Source: Octopus sinensis (taxonomy: Eukaryota). Taken from it: a DNA stretch of 64,000 bases. This document shows, one piece after another, positions 49,373 through 62,962 of this stretch. The translations under genes were made by a program, and so were the position numbers. Location: positions 192,014,001-192,078,000 of the forward strand of contig NC_042997.1 of the NCBI RefSeq assembly GCF_006345805.1. Reading direction: 5' to 3'. Each line of letters begins with the position of its first letter. The stretch's first letter is position 1. Under the pieces are notes generated by a model. That model searched no databases, was not told the DNA's origin, and saw only the letters and a list, made by a program, of their open reading frames with translations.

Positions 49373-50585
49373 CGGTTCCAGTACTTCTTTGGAATTCCCC
49401 CCACCCAACCCCACCCCCATAACTTTTGAACCAGTAATTTGTTTTTTTTTATTTTTTCAGATTCATATGTTTTCGATATCAGAGATTATGATTTAGTAAA
49501 AAAAAAAAAATTTAAAAAAAAAAAAGAATTTCTATTACCCCAACCCCCACCCAATTTATTTGCTTTGTTTACAGTTGATAAGACAAGCTGTCACACACAA
49601 AATGACAGCTTCTAAATCCTGTTTCCTGATTGGGTGAAAAATGATCAAACTTTAAACCTCTATAACTTTTTGAAAACATTTTTCTGAAATAAGTGAAACA
49701 GCTGTGCATATGTCACAGATGAAATTCTTCCAATTACAAATAATCTCACTATCCCATCCCAGCTCCCATTGACATTTTCTTTCAGATGCTTCTTCATTAT
49801 GCCCAGAAGTAAATGAACGTTAAAATTTCTCTTAAGTCCAGATTACTATTGGCAAAGAATGTGTCACATCTCAAACCTCTCTCCTTTCTACACGGCCTTC
49901 CACATCTCCATCTCAATATTTCCTTTGTTTTACTACCCTTTATCAATTCCATATTTTGGTTACACGTGCAACAAACTCTCACACGATGTAATATTCCAAT
50001 ATCTTGGCAAAACGTAATTGTCAATTCAGCTGTTGCTGTTGAGTCAAGCAATTGACGGATATTACAGCTGTTGATATCAATAAAGTTCATAATTATATAA
50101 TGAAGTTAAATTGTGCTTATATACCTTTTTAATCAACTTCACTGTATGTTCAACACTAACTTCAAATAGTTCTATAATGGATCTAGTTGGTTTGGCTACC
50201 AGCATTTCAAAAATTAAATTTTATTGAAATTTTTAAAAATTTGGCACAATAACGTGTGTAAAAGCACCCACTACACTCTCGGAGTGGTTGGTGTTAGGAA
50301 GGGCATCCAACTGTAAAAACTCTGCCAGATCAAGATTGGAGCCTGGTGCAGCCATCCGGTTTGCCAGTCCTTAGTCAAATTGTCCAACCCATGCTAGCAT
50401 GGAAAGCAGACGTTAAATGATGATGATGAATGTTCATTTCCAATGGAATAAAAAAAATTTTTTTTGCTAAATCATAATCTCCAATATCAAAAACATATGA
50501 ATCTGAAAAAATTTAAAAGAAAAATTACTGGTACAAAAGTTATATGGTGGTGGTGGTGGTGGGGGATTGAGAAGAAGTACCCCAG
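49373..50585 (-). mobile_element. Internally deleted Merlin (IS1595/ISXO2-like) transposon with ~130-bp terminal inverted repeats; RTE tail inserted at ~50252-50429
   Basis: ORF 50090-49797: CCTCNQNM..WRCGRPC..LRCDTFFANSNLDLREILTFIYFW, then frameshifted ELGW....CNWKNFICDIC; DDE domain absent; 49373-49500 is inverted relative to ~50450-50585. Exact termini unclear. Confidence 0.75.
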
Positions 50586-50989
50586 TTTCTTTCATTTGTT
50601 TGGTATGATATCAGTGAGTACCCTCACTGAGAACATTTGTGTCATTTTCTGTCTTTACTCTTTAAGCTAAGGATATACAGGAAATGTAGTCACATTGCTG
50701 ACAGGCAAATAGAAGGGAAGTTAGAAGTTAATAGTAGATATACACACGAAATAAATTCTTCAAATGCTGAGGAAAATCTTTAGAAGCTGTTGATAGATTT
50801 TGTTGCCTAGGTGACCTAATTAGATGAAAAGGTGAGTGTTCTGAAGGCATAGATGTCAAACAAAGAACAGGAAAGAAAAAGTTCAGGAAGCTATAACTCC
50901 TGCTGGCAACAAAAGCCTTCTTTATCAGAGTGAAGGGCAGATTATATAATGTTTGTGTATGAAGTGCAATGCTATATGATTGCAATATG

Positions 50990-51310
50990 AAGGCCATGTG
51001 GTTTAGTAATTAGGTTATCTGGCTCATGATTGTAAAGCTGTGAGTTTGCTTCCCAGTAGCACACTGTGTCCTTCAGCAAGACACTTTATTTCACATTGCT
51101 CCAGTCCACTCAGATGCCAAAAATGAGTAGTATCTGTATTTCAAAGGGCCAGCCTTGTCATATTCTGTGTCATGCTGAATCCCCCTGAAAACTATGTTAC
51201 GGGTATGCATGTCAGTGGAGTGTTCAGCTACTTGCATGTTAATTCCATGAGCAGGCTGTTCTGTCGATCGACTCAATCAGAGCACTCGTCGTCATAATTG
51301 GCAGAGTGTT
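50990..51310 (+). mobile_element. tRNA-headed SINE with CORE-like tgtgtccttcagcaagacact motif, interrupting an RTE RT fragment (~50770-51520)
   Basis: Related copies at ~49068-49365 (+) and ~57560-57875 (-). Confidence 0.65.
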
Positions 51311-51824
51311 ATGTGGTAGTAAGACATGGTCTTTAAGTGCAGTGGGTCTGCGAATGGCGAAAAGAAATGAGGTGAGCACATTCTGCTGGATGTACTATAA
51401 CGTAGTCATGCATAAACAGAACACAAATAAGATGAGAGGAAAAGTGAATGCTAAGAAGAATCAGATGTAGTGTACAAGAGAAATCTATGCCGGTATGGTA
51501 TGTTCTGCAAATCAAGGACGTAACTAGTTTAAGCCTTTCAATACTAACCCACTCAAGACTGCTCATGTTCTAAGCTTAAACTTACCATCAAAATTTTATC
51601 AGATAAATTATCATCATCAACATTAACATAGGTGCAGGACTGGCTGTGTGGTAAGTAGCTTGCTTACCAACCACATGGCTCCGGGTTCATTCCCACTGTG
51701 TGGAACTCTGGGCAAGTGTCTTCTACTATAGCCTCGGGATGACCAAAGCCTTGTGAGTGGATTTGGTAGACGAAAACTGAGAGATGCCCATCGTATATAT
51801 GTATGTATATATATATATATATAT

Positions 51825-52041
51825 ACAATTGCAGCGTGGAAGGTGTTTATAAGCCATTTAAGAAACACACAAAAGCCGTTCGATTCACTTCAACATTTAA
51901 GTTTAATTTGTCTTAAATGTTGAAGTGAATCGAACAGCTTTTGTGTGTTTCTTAAATGGCTTATAAACACCTTCCACGCTGCAATTGTTTTCGTTTCAGC
52001 ACACGATCTCAGATCAAATTACTTGCTATGCGAGTACATCT

Positions 52042-52046
<5 letters not shown>
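51825..52046. mobile_element. Palindromic MITE derivative inside the (TA)n of a SINE-A
   Basis: ~76-bp arms 51825-51900 / 51911-51988 with 1 mismatch; right end is the family terminus seen at ~12394. Confidence 0.85.
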
Positions 52047-52097
<51 letters not shown>

Positions 52098-53182
52098 GTG
52101 TGTATATGTCTGTGTTTGTCCCCCAACATTGCTTGATAACCAAGTAACTTAGTGGTTCGGCAAAAGCGACCAATAGAATAAGTACTAGGCTTCCAAAGAA
52201 TAAGTCCTGGGGTCGATTTGCTCGACAACAGGCGATGCTCCAGCATGGCTGCAGTCAAGTGACTGAACCAAGTAAAAGAGTAAAAAGAGAGAAAAGAGTA
52301 TTTAATGTCCATTGCCCATGTTGGAATGGGTTGGACAGTTTGACAAGAGCTGGCAAGCTAAGTGGATGCATCAGACCCCAGTCTGATTTGGCATGGTTTC
52401 TACAACTTGATGCTCCTCCTAATGCCAACCACTCTGATAGTGCAATGTCACCAGCATGGGTCCCATTTGCATGATGCCAGTATCTGCCACATCTACGATT
52501 TCACTTGAAACTTACCAAAGAATTTTAACCCTTTCGTTACTGTATTTATTTTGAGATGCTCTGTGTTTCTTTCATTTACTTTAAATATAACAAATAATTT
52601 AGTAAAATAACTTAGTTATTATTAAGCTAGTGTTAGGAACATAAATTGAGACTAAGGTTTGGAAAATTTTAATTCAAAACTTGTGGAAACAAGACATTTG
52701 TACTCAAAGCCAAAGCCAGTTTAAACCGAGTTGGTAACGAAAGGTTTAATCAAACTGTTTTGATCCATATATATATATAAAATTATGACTAAGTTATTTC
52801 ACTAAATTTTTCATTATTTTCAAAATTCATTAAAACAAGGCTGTGTATTTCAGCAGAAACATGGCAACAAAAGGGTTAACTCTTTGGTATTTAAACAGGC
52901 CATAACCAGCCCAAATATTCTGCGTTTTATGCTAATACTGATCAGATGCAACTTCTCACACCTTCCCTACAATGTCATTCTAAAAATATACAATCATGTC
53001 ATTGAAGTCTTGAAGCTACAAGATAGTGACAGTGTGGTAAGAAGGTTGCTTCCCAACCACATGGTTCCAAGTTCATTCAGTCCCACTATGTGGCACCTTG
53101 GTCAAGTGTCTTCTTCTATAGCCTCAGGCCAACCAAAGTCTTGGGAGTGGATTTGGTAGACAGAAACTGGAAAAAGCCGGTA

Positions 53183-53252
<70 letters not shown>

Positions 53253-54360
53253 GTGTGTATATGTCTGTGTTTGTCCCCCAACATTGCTTGATAACCAAGT
53301 AACTTAGTGGTTCGGCAAAAGCGACCAATAGAATAAGTACTAGGCTTCCAAAGAATAAGTCCTGGGGTCGATTTGCTCGACAACAGGCGATGCTCCAGCA
53401 TGGCTGCAGTCAAGTGACTGAACCAAGTAAAAGAGTAAAAAGAGAGAAAAGAGTATTTAATGTCCATTGCCCATGTTGGAATGGGTTGGACAGTTTGACA
53501 AGAGCTGGCAAGCTAAGTGGATGCATCAGACCCCAGTCTGATTTGGCATGGTTTCTACAACTTGATGCTCCTCCTAATGCCAACCACTCTGATAGTGCAA
53601 TGTCACCAGCATGGGTCCCATTTGCATGATGCCAGTATCTGCCACATCTACGATTTCACTTGAAACTTACCAAAGAATTTTAACCCTTTCGTTACTGTAT
53701 TTATTTTGAGATGCTCTGTGTTTCTTTCATTTACTTAAATATAACAAATAATTTAGTAAAATAACTTAGTTATTATTAAGCTAGTGTTAGGAACATAAAT
53801 TGAGACTAAGGTTTGGAAAATTTTAATTCAAAACTTGTGGAAACAAGACATTTGTACTCAAAGCCAAAGCCAGTTTAAACCGAGTTGGTAACGAAAGGTT
53901 TAATCAAACTGTTTTGATCCATATATATATATAAAATTATGACTAAGTTATTTCACTAAATTTTTCATTATTTTCAAAATTCATTAAAACAAGGCTGTGT
54001 ATTTCAGCAGAAACATGGCAACAAAAGGGTTAACTCTTTGGTATTTAAACAGGCCATAACCAGCCCAAATATTCTGCGTTTTATGCTAATACTGATCAGA
54101 TGCAACTTCTCACACCTTCCCTACAATGTCATTCTAAAAATATACAATCATGTCATTGAAGTCTTGAAGCTACAAGATAGTGACAGTGTGGTAAGAAGGT
54201 TGCTTCCCAACCACATGGTTCCAAGTTCATTCAGTCCCACTATGTGGCACCTTGGTCAAGTGTCTTCTATAGCCTCAGGCCAACCAAAGTCTTGGGAGTG
54301 GATTTGGTAGACAGAAACTGGAAAAAGCCGGTAGTATATATATATATATATATATACATA
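52047..54360 (+). repeat. Tandem duplication, offset ~1155 bp, bounded by SINE-internal (TA)n
   Basis: ORFs 52235/53390 and 52884/54038 are near-identical; only a 1-bp and a 3-bp indel noticed. Confidence 0.95.
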
Positions 54361-54362
54361 CA

Positions 54363-55140
54363 CTAGCAGCTAAGCCTGGTTTCACCCGATCAGTTGGATG
54401 ATGTGGCTGCTCAGTGTAAGTATTCGACTAATTTGGGCACGCTTACATTATAAAACAATTTTAGAATGACTTTTTTCTGTCAAAACGCTAAAAATAACTG
54501 ACCAACAACAAAAAAAATCAACCAAGGTTCAACCAAATCAAAAAATAAACCCAAATAGTGAGTGAACGAAGATGCAAAACAAAGATACAAAAAAAAAACT
54601 TAAAAAATAAAACAAATTATAAATAAAAAATAGGTAAAACAATCTTTTAAAATTTCAAAGGTCAAAAAACAAAAAAAAAATAAGTGCAAAATATTCATTA
54701 CCTCAACCTCAATGCGAAATATTACACAAAATTTAAAAACAAAAGAAAAAAACCCATCTGAAACTGAAAAACTACAAAGAAAGACTTCACAAAAAATCCC
54801 ACTTCCATTGCGTGCACACACAAACACATATCCCCATCCTTTACATACACACACACAGAGTTGAAACGCTGTTTGATTTATTTTTTTAAGCGTACTATTT
54901 GCATCATCCTATTATCAAGTATGACATCATCCCTTCCTTTCTCATTCATAAACATGAGCATTATTATAGTAGATTATCTTGATAACCATAGGTACTATGA
55001 AAAAATACAAAGCCAGCAACACCATCGGATCATTCTACACATCTGTGTAATTTTTCGCACAATTCAACCCAGCCATTTGACTGTGAATCCCAAGACAAGA
55101 AAGAATCGGCATGTCAAATTTATATGTGTATATATATATA
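54363..55140 (-). mobile_element. Possible non-autonomous Helitron-like element
   Basis: Minus-strand CTAG|T 3' end with nearby imperfect GC hairpin, as at 62622; 5' end uncertain. Confidence 0.35.
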
Positions 55141-55144
55141 TATA

Positions 55145-55458
55145 TCTATATCACCGTGATCACCGTGACCAACCAGGCTATCAGATGTTGCTACACATCG
55201 CTGGTCACAATGAGAAGCGTATTGTTTTAGCCTTCAAATGACACCACCTCACTGGCTAAGCGAGCAGGTCAACAGAAGAAAGAGTGAGAGAAAGTTGTGG
55301 CAAAAGAGTATAGCAAGGATCGCCACCAACCCCTGCCAGAGCCTCGTGGAGCTTTAGGTGTTTTCGCTCAATAAACACTCACAACACCCGGTCTGGGAGT
55401 TGAAACCGTGATTCTACAGCCGCGAGTCCGCTGCTCTAACCATTGGGCCATTGCGCCG
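55145..55458 (-). mobile_element. tRNA-derived SINE (further family)
   Basis: Minus head ggcgcaatggcccaatggttagagcagcgg...ggtttcaactccc; short tandem (tcacgg) tail. Confidence 0.75.
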
Positions 55459-57927
55459 CCAAATATATATATATACATACACGTGTCTTGGTGTCTGTCA
55501 CCCCACCATCACCTGACAACTGATGTTGGTGTGTTTATGTCCCTGCAACTTAGTGGTTCAGCAAAAGAGAAAAATAATATAAGTACTAGGCTTACAAAGA
55601 TTAAGTCCTGGGGTCGATTTCTTCTACTAAAACCCTTTAAGGCCATGCTCCAGCATGGCCACAGTCAAATGACTGAAACATGTAAAAGAATAAATAGATA
55701 AGTAACACATTTGTCAAAGAGGACAGTATACCAAAGGGTTAAGATGCCAGGCGCTCTAAATGGTGAAGACCAATCTTAAGAGGCTGAACTACATGAAGAT
55801 GATGACAGAGGGCAATGACAGGTAAATGATGTGCGGGAGAATAATAACGGTCTATGCAAGTCTGGAAAAATGGATGCTAAAAAATATTAATAGCAGTGAC
55901 AATGAAAGCCTGGTATGTCTGCCTCCCTTCCAGCCATCATGCTTAAGTTGAAGTCTCTATTTACTGCTGCCTTTCTCTCTCGACGATCACACTCCTCTGT
56001 TGTCATCACTATCATCCTCTCTTCCATCACACTTAGGTAATGAGATGACATTACCTGGCATCTATTTCTATGCAATTCTTCTCATCATTACAGCTGTTCA
56101 TCTCTTTCTCCTCTGCTATCAACACTTGCTGTTTTCGCTAGAGATATTCTTTTTTTTATTTGTTTCAGTCATTTGACTGTGGCCATGCTGGAGCACCGCC
56201 TTTAGTCAAGCAAATTGACCCCAGGACTTATTTTTTGTAAGCCTAGTACTTATTCCATCAGTCTCTCTTGCCGAACCGCTAAGTGACGGGGACGTAAACA
56301 CACTAGCATCAGTTGTCAAGCGATGTTGGGGGACGTAAACACACTAGCATCAGTTGTCAAGCGATGTTGGGGGCACAAACACAGACACACAAACATATAC
56401 ATACACATACATATAGTTTCTGTCTACCAAATCTACTCACAAGGCTTTAGTCGGCCTGAGGCTATATTAGAAGACACTTGCCCAAGGTACCATGCAGTGG
56501 GACTGAATCCGGAACCATGTGGTTGGTAAGCAAGCTACTTACCACACAGCCAACCTATCTATATTTTTTCTTACTTTTGTAAAATCATAATCTTTTTTTT
56601 TTTTCTGTATAAATGATTTTTTTTTTTCATCCTTATCCAAAATTCTGAAACACCAAATTTTCTTCCATCAATGTATCTTACTTAATAATCCCAATATGAC
56701 AAGACAATTCAAATTTTTGAAAAAAGGAACAAAATATTTGCTTGAATTAAAAATATTTTTCCCCTTCAAATTTCCCTCCCAAAATTAATGGCCTATAATA
56801 CATGCAACTGCGTATTACATACAGACAAGTAGGATTGTATATGTGTTAAGCCAACGCAAAAGTTGTCAAGAAATATAACAATATTTCCTTTCAGTAATTT
56901 GTTCCAATAATGGAGAAATAATTACAAAAATAAAACACAGTAATTGAATTGTCAAGTGCATTAATGACTGCTTCCAATTTCAATCTACTAATAAATTAAA
57001 ATGGTCGGTAAACAACGTAAAGATAATATATAATATGAAGAATTTCATACGTCAACAGGAATACTTGGCATTGCCTTGGAAATGGAAAAAAAAAAAAACA
57101 AAAAAAAAAAGAACAAAAACAAAACCACAGTTGGTGGATACTTTGATAAATGGTAATTATCGTAATTCTGCATAAATTTATCCTTTTGAACACAATGTCT
57201 ATTATTTGTTACAGATATACGTTTCACGTGTTTCGAGAGAGAGAAAGAGAGTATATCATTTATCTTTTACTCCTTTCAGTTATTGGACTATGGCCATGCT
57301 GGGGCATTGTCTTGAAGGGTTTTAGTCAAATCAATTAACAACCTGTACTTTAAAGCCTGATTCTTATTCTATCAGTCTCTTTTGCCAAACTGCTAAGCTA
57401 CAAGGACGTAAAATAACCAAAACTGGTAAGCAACAGGGTAAACAAACACGTTTGACAGAATAATCTGATTGCTAAAGGATTAAGCTGGTACTCTCTCTTT
57501 TACTTCAGTCATGTGACTGTGGCCATGCTGGAGCACCGCCTTTAGTCAAGCAAATTGACTATGTCAGTTATGACAACGAGGGTTCCACTTGATCCAATCA
57601 ATGAAACAGCCTGCTCGTAAAATTAACGTGCAAGTGGCTGAGCACCCCATAGACATGTGTACCCTTAATGTAGTTCTGAGGAAGATTTAGCATGACACAA
57701 AGTGTGACAATGCTGGCCCCTTTGAAATACAGGTACAGCTCATTTTTGTCAGCTGAGTGGACTGAGACAACATGAAATTAAGTGTCTTGCTCATGGACAC
57801 AACTTGTTGCTGAGAACTGAACTCGTGATCTTATGACCATGAGTTGAATACCCTAACCACTAAGCCATGTGTCTAATGATGCTAGAGTTGAGCCAGCATC
57901 ATTAAAAATAAAACATTTTAATACTTA

Positions 57928-58076
57928 GGTGTAGGAGTGGCTGTGTGGTAAGTAGCTTGTTTACCAACCACATGGTTCCGGGTTCAGCACCACTGCATGG
58001 CACCTTGGGCAGACCAAAGCTTTGTGAGTGAATTTGATAGGCAAAAACTGAAAGAAGCCCATTGTATATATGTATG

Positions 58077-58129
<53 letters not shown>

Positions 58130-58255
58130 GTGTGTGTCTGTGTTTGCCACCCCCCACCCCCCACACACACATCACTTGACAACCGATGCTGGTGTGTTTA
58201 CGTCCCTGTAACTTAGCGGTTCAGCAAAAGAGACCGATAGAATAAGTACTAGACT
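57928..58255 (+). mobile_element. SINE family A, 3'-truncated
   Basis: Head, internal (TA)n, body to gaataagtactag. Confidence 0.85.
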
Positions 58256-58379
58256 GATACTAACCCACCTGATACTGTCCCTGGTTTTATAATACAAGCT
58301 TCCTGTTTTGAAGTGATCTAAGTTGAAACTCCAATCAAAATTTTATGTTCATGCGTATTCCAAGTTAAGTCAAATAAGC

Positions 58380-58760
58380 AAATACAATCATTCATCAACA
58401 GATGCTTGCGTAGTGTACTTAAAATTAGATGGCCTGAACACATAAGCAATATGGAGCTATGGCAAAGAACAAATCAAGTTTCGATTATGGAGCAAATATT
58501 TAAAAAGTGGAAGTGGATTGGTAGCACAATTAGAAAAGACACACCAAATGTAGCGAAAAGTGCTTTACAGTGGAAACCGGATGGATATAGAAAGAGAGGT
58601 AGGCCTAAGAACTCGCGGCGTAGATCAACACAAAAGGAACTAGAGAAAGAGGAACATTCATGGATGGAAATTGATCTGCAAAAAAGTACGGAAGCGAAAA
58701 ATTATGCGACATGGAATTCAACTATAAGTGGCCTATACTCCGCGTTGGAGGGCTAAAGGC
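58380..58760 (+). mobile_element. 5'-truncated RTE-like LINE (different subfamily), ORF2 C-terminus
   Basis: IQSFINRCLRSVLKIRWPEHISNMELW...WKWIG..IRK...ALQWKPDGYRKRGRPK. Confidence 0.85.
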
Positions 58761-60554
58761 AGGAAGATGAAGGAAGTATTCCAAGCACCAGCTTAATAAT
58801 AGTTTAAAATTTTGGCACAGGGCCAGCAATATTGGTGGTGGGAGAAGATCGATTACATTGACCCCAGTGCTTGAGTGATAGTTATTTTATTGACCTCAAA
58901 ATAATGAAAGGCAAAGTCGACCTTGGAGGAATTTGAACTCAGAACGTAAAGACTGATAAAATACCACTAAATCTTTTGCTGAGCGTGCTGATTATTCTAC
59001 CAGCTCATTGCCTTCAACATCAGCTTAATAGTGTCAATTATTTTACTAAATTCTTCATTAATTTATTTATTAATAGAAGCAAAGAAGTGTATTTCAACAG
59101 AAATACGATAACAAAAAGATTAACTGACTGACATGATTTAACCATATCTCTTCTAAATGGATTCCATATTCAACCAGTTTTAAGTCTCTAGCACTTAATT
59201 ATTTCATTCAGATCATGCATGATCTCCAAACAGTTGATTAAAAATTTCATTTTGTAATATTTTTGCAATAATCAGGATGGAAATTGATCTGCAAAATTAA
59301 TAAATTCATTCAATTAATTAATTGTGTCACATTTTAATCCAATATTTTCTTAGCTGTTCTGAAAGTAAATATTTAGTTTTCCTGGCCAACCATTATTGGT
59401 GCATTGTTTGAATTAAAACAATATATCAGACTTCAGGGCACATTCAATTTCATTAGCAGGAACCGTATTCATCACAGAATTTGATCAATATTTTTTGTGC
59501 ATTTTGAATCCAGAGAGATTTTTTTATAACTTTCATTGAAATCATAATTGGGTTTCAATGGCGCTCTTGATAATACTTCAGTATTTGTGTTTCATTTCAA
59601 AGTTATGTGACATCATAATCCTTTTAATGTCCAATTTTCTAATGCTGGCATGGGTCAGATGGTATTCAGTCAGGCAGACTTTCTATGGTCATATGTCTTT
59701 CCTACTGCCAATGCTCACCTGTTTCCAAGCAAGGTAATATTTCCTCCTGACTGGTCATGTTCCCATGGAAGATTGGAAACAAATAACACTGCTTATAATG
59801 GAAACACTTGTTTACAACTATCACTCAATGTCAAGACACACAGAGCCATATATGCATATTTATGATGGATCTTTCAGCTTCCGTCTATCCAATCCTCAAA
59901 CCAGGCTTTGGTGTTGGCCCATAGCTATTGTAGAAGACACTTGTCCAAGGTGCTATGAAGTGGGATGGAAATTAAAATCAACAGGTTGGGAAGCAGACAT
60001 CTTAACCACACAGCTTTGCATCATCATCATCATCATCATCATCGTTTAACATCCGTTTTCCGCGCTAGCATGGGTCGGACGGTTCGACCGGGGTCTGGGA
60101 AACCAGGGGCTGCTCCAGGCTCCAGTCTGATCTGGCAGAGTTTCTACGGCTGGATGCCCTTCCTAACGCCAACCACTCCGCGAGTGTAGTGGGTGCTTTT
60201 TACGTGCCACCTGCAGAGGTGCCAGGGGGGGTCCGGCATCGGTCACGATCGGTTGGAGCTTTTAACGTGCCAGCGGCACGGAAGCCAGCTAGCAACGTTC
60301 GGATGCATGTACCTATATATATATATATTATATATATATATTTGTACAACTCCAATGATAATGTCCAACAATTTCAATCACAGGGACCCAGCAGCTGATA
60401 CATTTTTATCCAGGGAGAAATATGGATATTAGCATCTTGTGATTAGTAATTAATACATAATATTCTCTATAGAGAAATTTGATGACAAGTGACAAAGTCT
60501 TCTTGTGATTTGCTGTGCTGGAGAAGATGCATCAAGCTAAGTGAACCATGGTCA

Positions 60555-61020
60555 TTGCCAGTGGCACATAAAAGGTGCCTGTGTCAATGACAGGTAAAAG
60601 GCGCTTGTGCCGGTGACATAAATGGTACCTGTGCTGGTGACGTGTAAAAGGCACCTGTGCAGGTGATCCATAAAAGGTGCTGGTGACGACACTTAAAAGG
60701 TACCAGTGCTGATGATGTGTAAACGGGAACCATGTTGGTGACACATAAAAGGCACTCGTGACAGTGATGTGTAAAAGGAATTTGTGCTGGTGACATGTAA
60801 AAGGTACCCATTGCACTCTGTAAAATGGTTGGCATTAACACATTAGCACCAATGGTCCTTTTTTTCAAGGACCAGGAGGTTAATTAATGATATTTCTGCA
60901 ACACCTGTATTTTTCTGAGATATCAGATTGGAGCCTGGTGCAGCTATCTGGTTCGCCAGTCTTCAGTCAAATCATCCAACCCATGTCAGCATGGAAAGCA
61001 GACGTTAAACGATGACGACG
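60555..61020 (+). mobile_element. RTE 3' end with 26-bp minisatellite (~9 units)
   Basis: aaaaggcacctgtgctggtgac units followed by the tail. Confidence 0.8.
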
Positions 61021-62621
61021 ATCATTAGTTAGTCATCAAGACTGAAGTGTCTTTCAAATATTGTAATAAAATTTTTTTTATATATTTAGTATCAGATAAA
61101 ATTATATAAAAAAAAAGGCTTTTGGTAATAGATTAAGTAAAAAAAAATTGGGCACTAATGGATTAAGAAGGGCATCCAGCTGTAGAAACCCTACCAAACA
61201 GACAACTGGAGCCTGATGCAGCTCTCTGGCTTACCAGCTCCAGTCAAACCATCTAACTCATGCCAGCAAGGAAAACAAACATCAAATGATGATTACAAAG
61301 ACAGACCATATAATAACCCTTCTTCATACGTGTTCAGTGTTTGTAAGCTAGCGAGCTGGTAGAATTGTTACTGCGCCAGGAAAAATGCAGCATTTCTTCA
61401 AGCTTTAGATTTTGAGTTCAAATGCTGCTGGGGTTGACGGCCATAATTTGAAACCAGTGTTTTACATGTGTGAGTTAACTGACATGCAACACCGTTCTCA
61501 TGCAAAAGAACTGCTCTGACACTGACTGTTTACTGCTAAGACACTTTAATGCAGTTTGACCTCATTCGCTTTATGAATGATGCAGGCGTTTATCAAATGG
61601 TGCAGTGGAATTTACCATGTTCTTAATAAACATGCAATATTATCAACTTTCTGAAACTAATGTTAGAATTTCATTTGCATATTCCGGAATAGTGACCAAT
61701 GTTTTAATAGCATCCTGAATAATCATTAGCAAGTTGCACAAATAACATAACCAAGATAATTGACTTCTTTGGTGGGGGGGGGGGGGGTAGTAGAAAAAAA
61801 AGTTTTTAAAAGATGGCATATTTCTTCAGAACAGATTAAGACAATCTTTTAACTAATTAAAAACTATTTTTTAATTATTTAAATGTCCTCCATCCGTCAG
61901 TTAGACAACAATATCCAAATATGCTGCATACATAGCCCTGTGGTTACAAAGTTCACTTTGTAATCATGAGATCATGGGCTCAATTCCACTGCACGACACT
62001 TTGGGCAGCAAGTGTCTTGTACTAAATGACTCCAGGCTGACCAATGCCTTGTGAGTGAACATGGTAAGTGGAAAATGTATGAAAGCTCATTATATCATAT
62101 CATAGCCTCACCTGGCTCCCGTGCCGGTGGCACGTAAAAAGCACCATCCGATTGTGGCCGTTGCCAGCCTCGCCTGGCCCCCGTGCCACGTAAAAAGCAC
62201 CATCTGACCGTGGCCGTTTGCCAGTCCCGTCTGGCACATAAAAAGCATCCACTACACTCACGGAGTGGTTGGCGTTAAGAAGGGCATCCAGCCGTAGAAA
62301 CATTGCCAGATCAGACTGGGCCTGGTGCAGCCTTCTGGCTTCCCAGACCCCAGTTGAACCGTCCAACCCATGCTAGCAGGGAAAGCGGATGCTAAATGAT
62401 GATATATATACACATATATGCATGCACATTTGTTCTCTCCATCACTTGACAACCAGTGCTGGTTTGTTTGTTCCTGTAACTTAGTGGCTCAGCAAAAGAG
62501 ATTGATAGAATAAGTACCAAACTTCAAAAAAATTTTGGTCAATTAAACCCTTCAATGTAGTGCCCCAGCATGGTCACAATCCAATGATTAAAATAAGGAA
62601 AAGATAATACTTTATTTCACA

Positions 62622-62962
62622 CTAGCACTATGACCTGGCAACGCCGGGTCATAGTGCTAGTGCATGCGTGCGCACATACACGCGAATACTGTCCAAATCT
62701 TCAACCAATCACATACAGCTAGCTGGCATTCAATTGGCGTATCAAGTTTCAGGTATTTTGATTGGGTTTTGGATAGAAAATTCACAAAAAAGTCACTTCT
62801 ATTGATTTTTTTAATGGCTTTGTGGGGTGACTGGAGAAATGTAAAGATGTGCACGACCACCCTTGGACAGTTTTGAATGACCATAGAAAGTGCGAGAACT
62901 GAAAAATTGTGGATTTGTATAAAGGACACACACAGACATTTTGCTGTTTATATATATAGCGA
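62622..62962 (-). mobile_element. Non-autonomous Helitron
   Basis: Minus strand: A|TC at 62963/62962, subterminal GC hairpin, CTAG|T end at 62622/62621; no TSD. Confidence 0.7.

Noticed and set aside
59300-59640. Protein-like frames in unique AT-rich islands (also 61430-61760 and 63560-63720)
   Set aside because: Short, stop-bounded, no consistent splice sites or family motifs.
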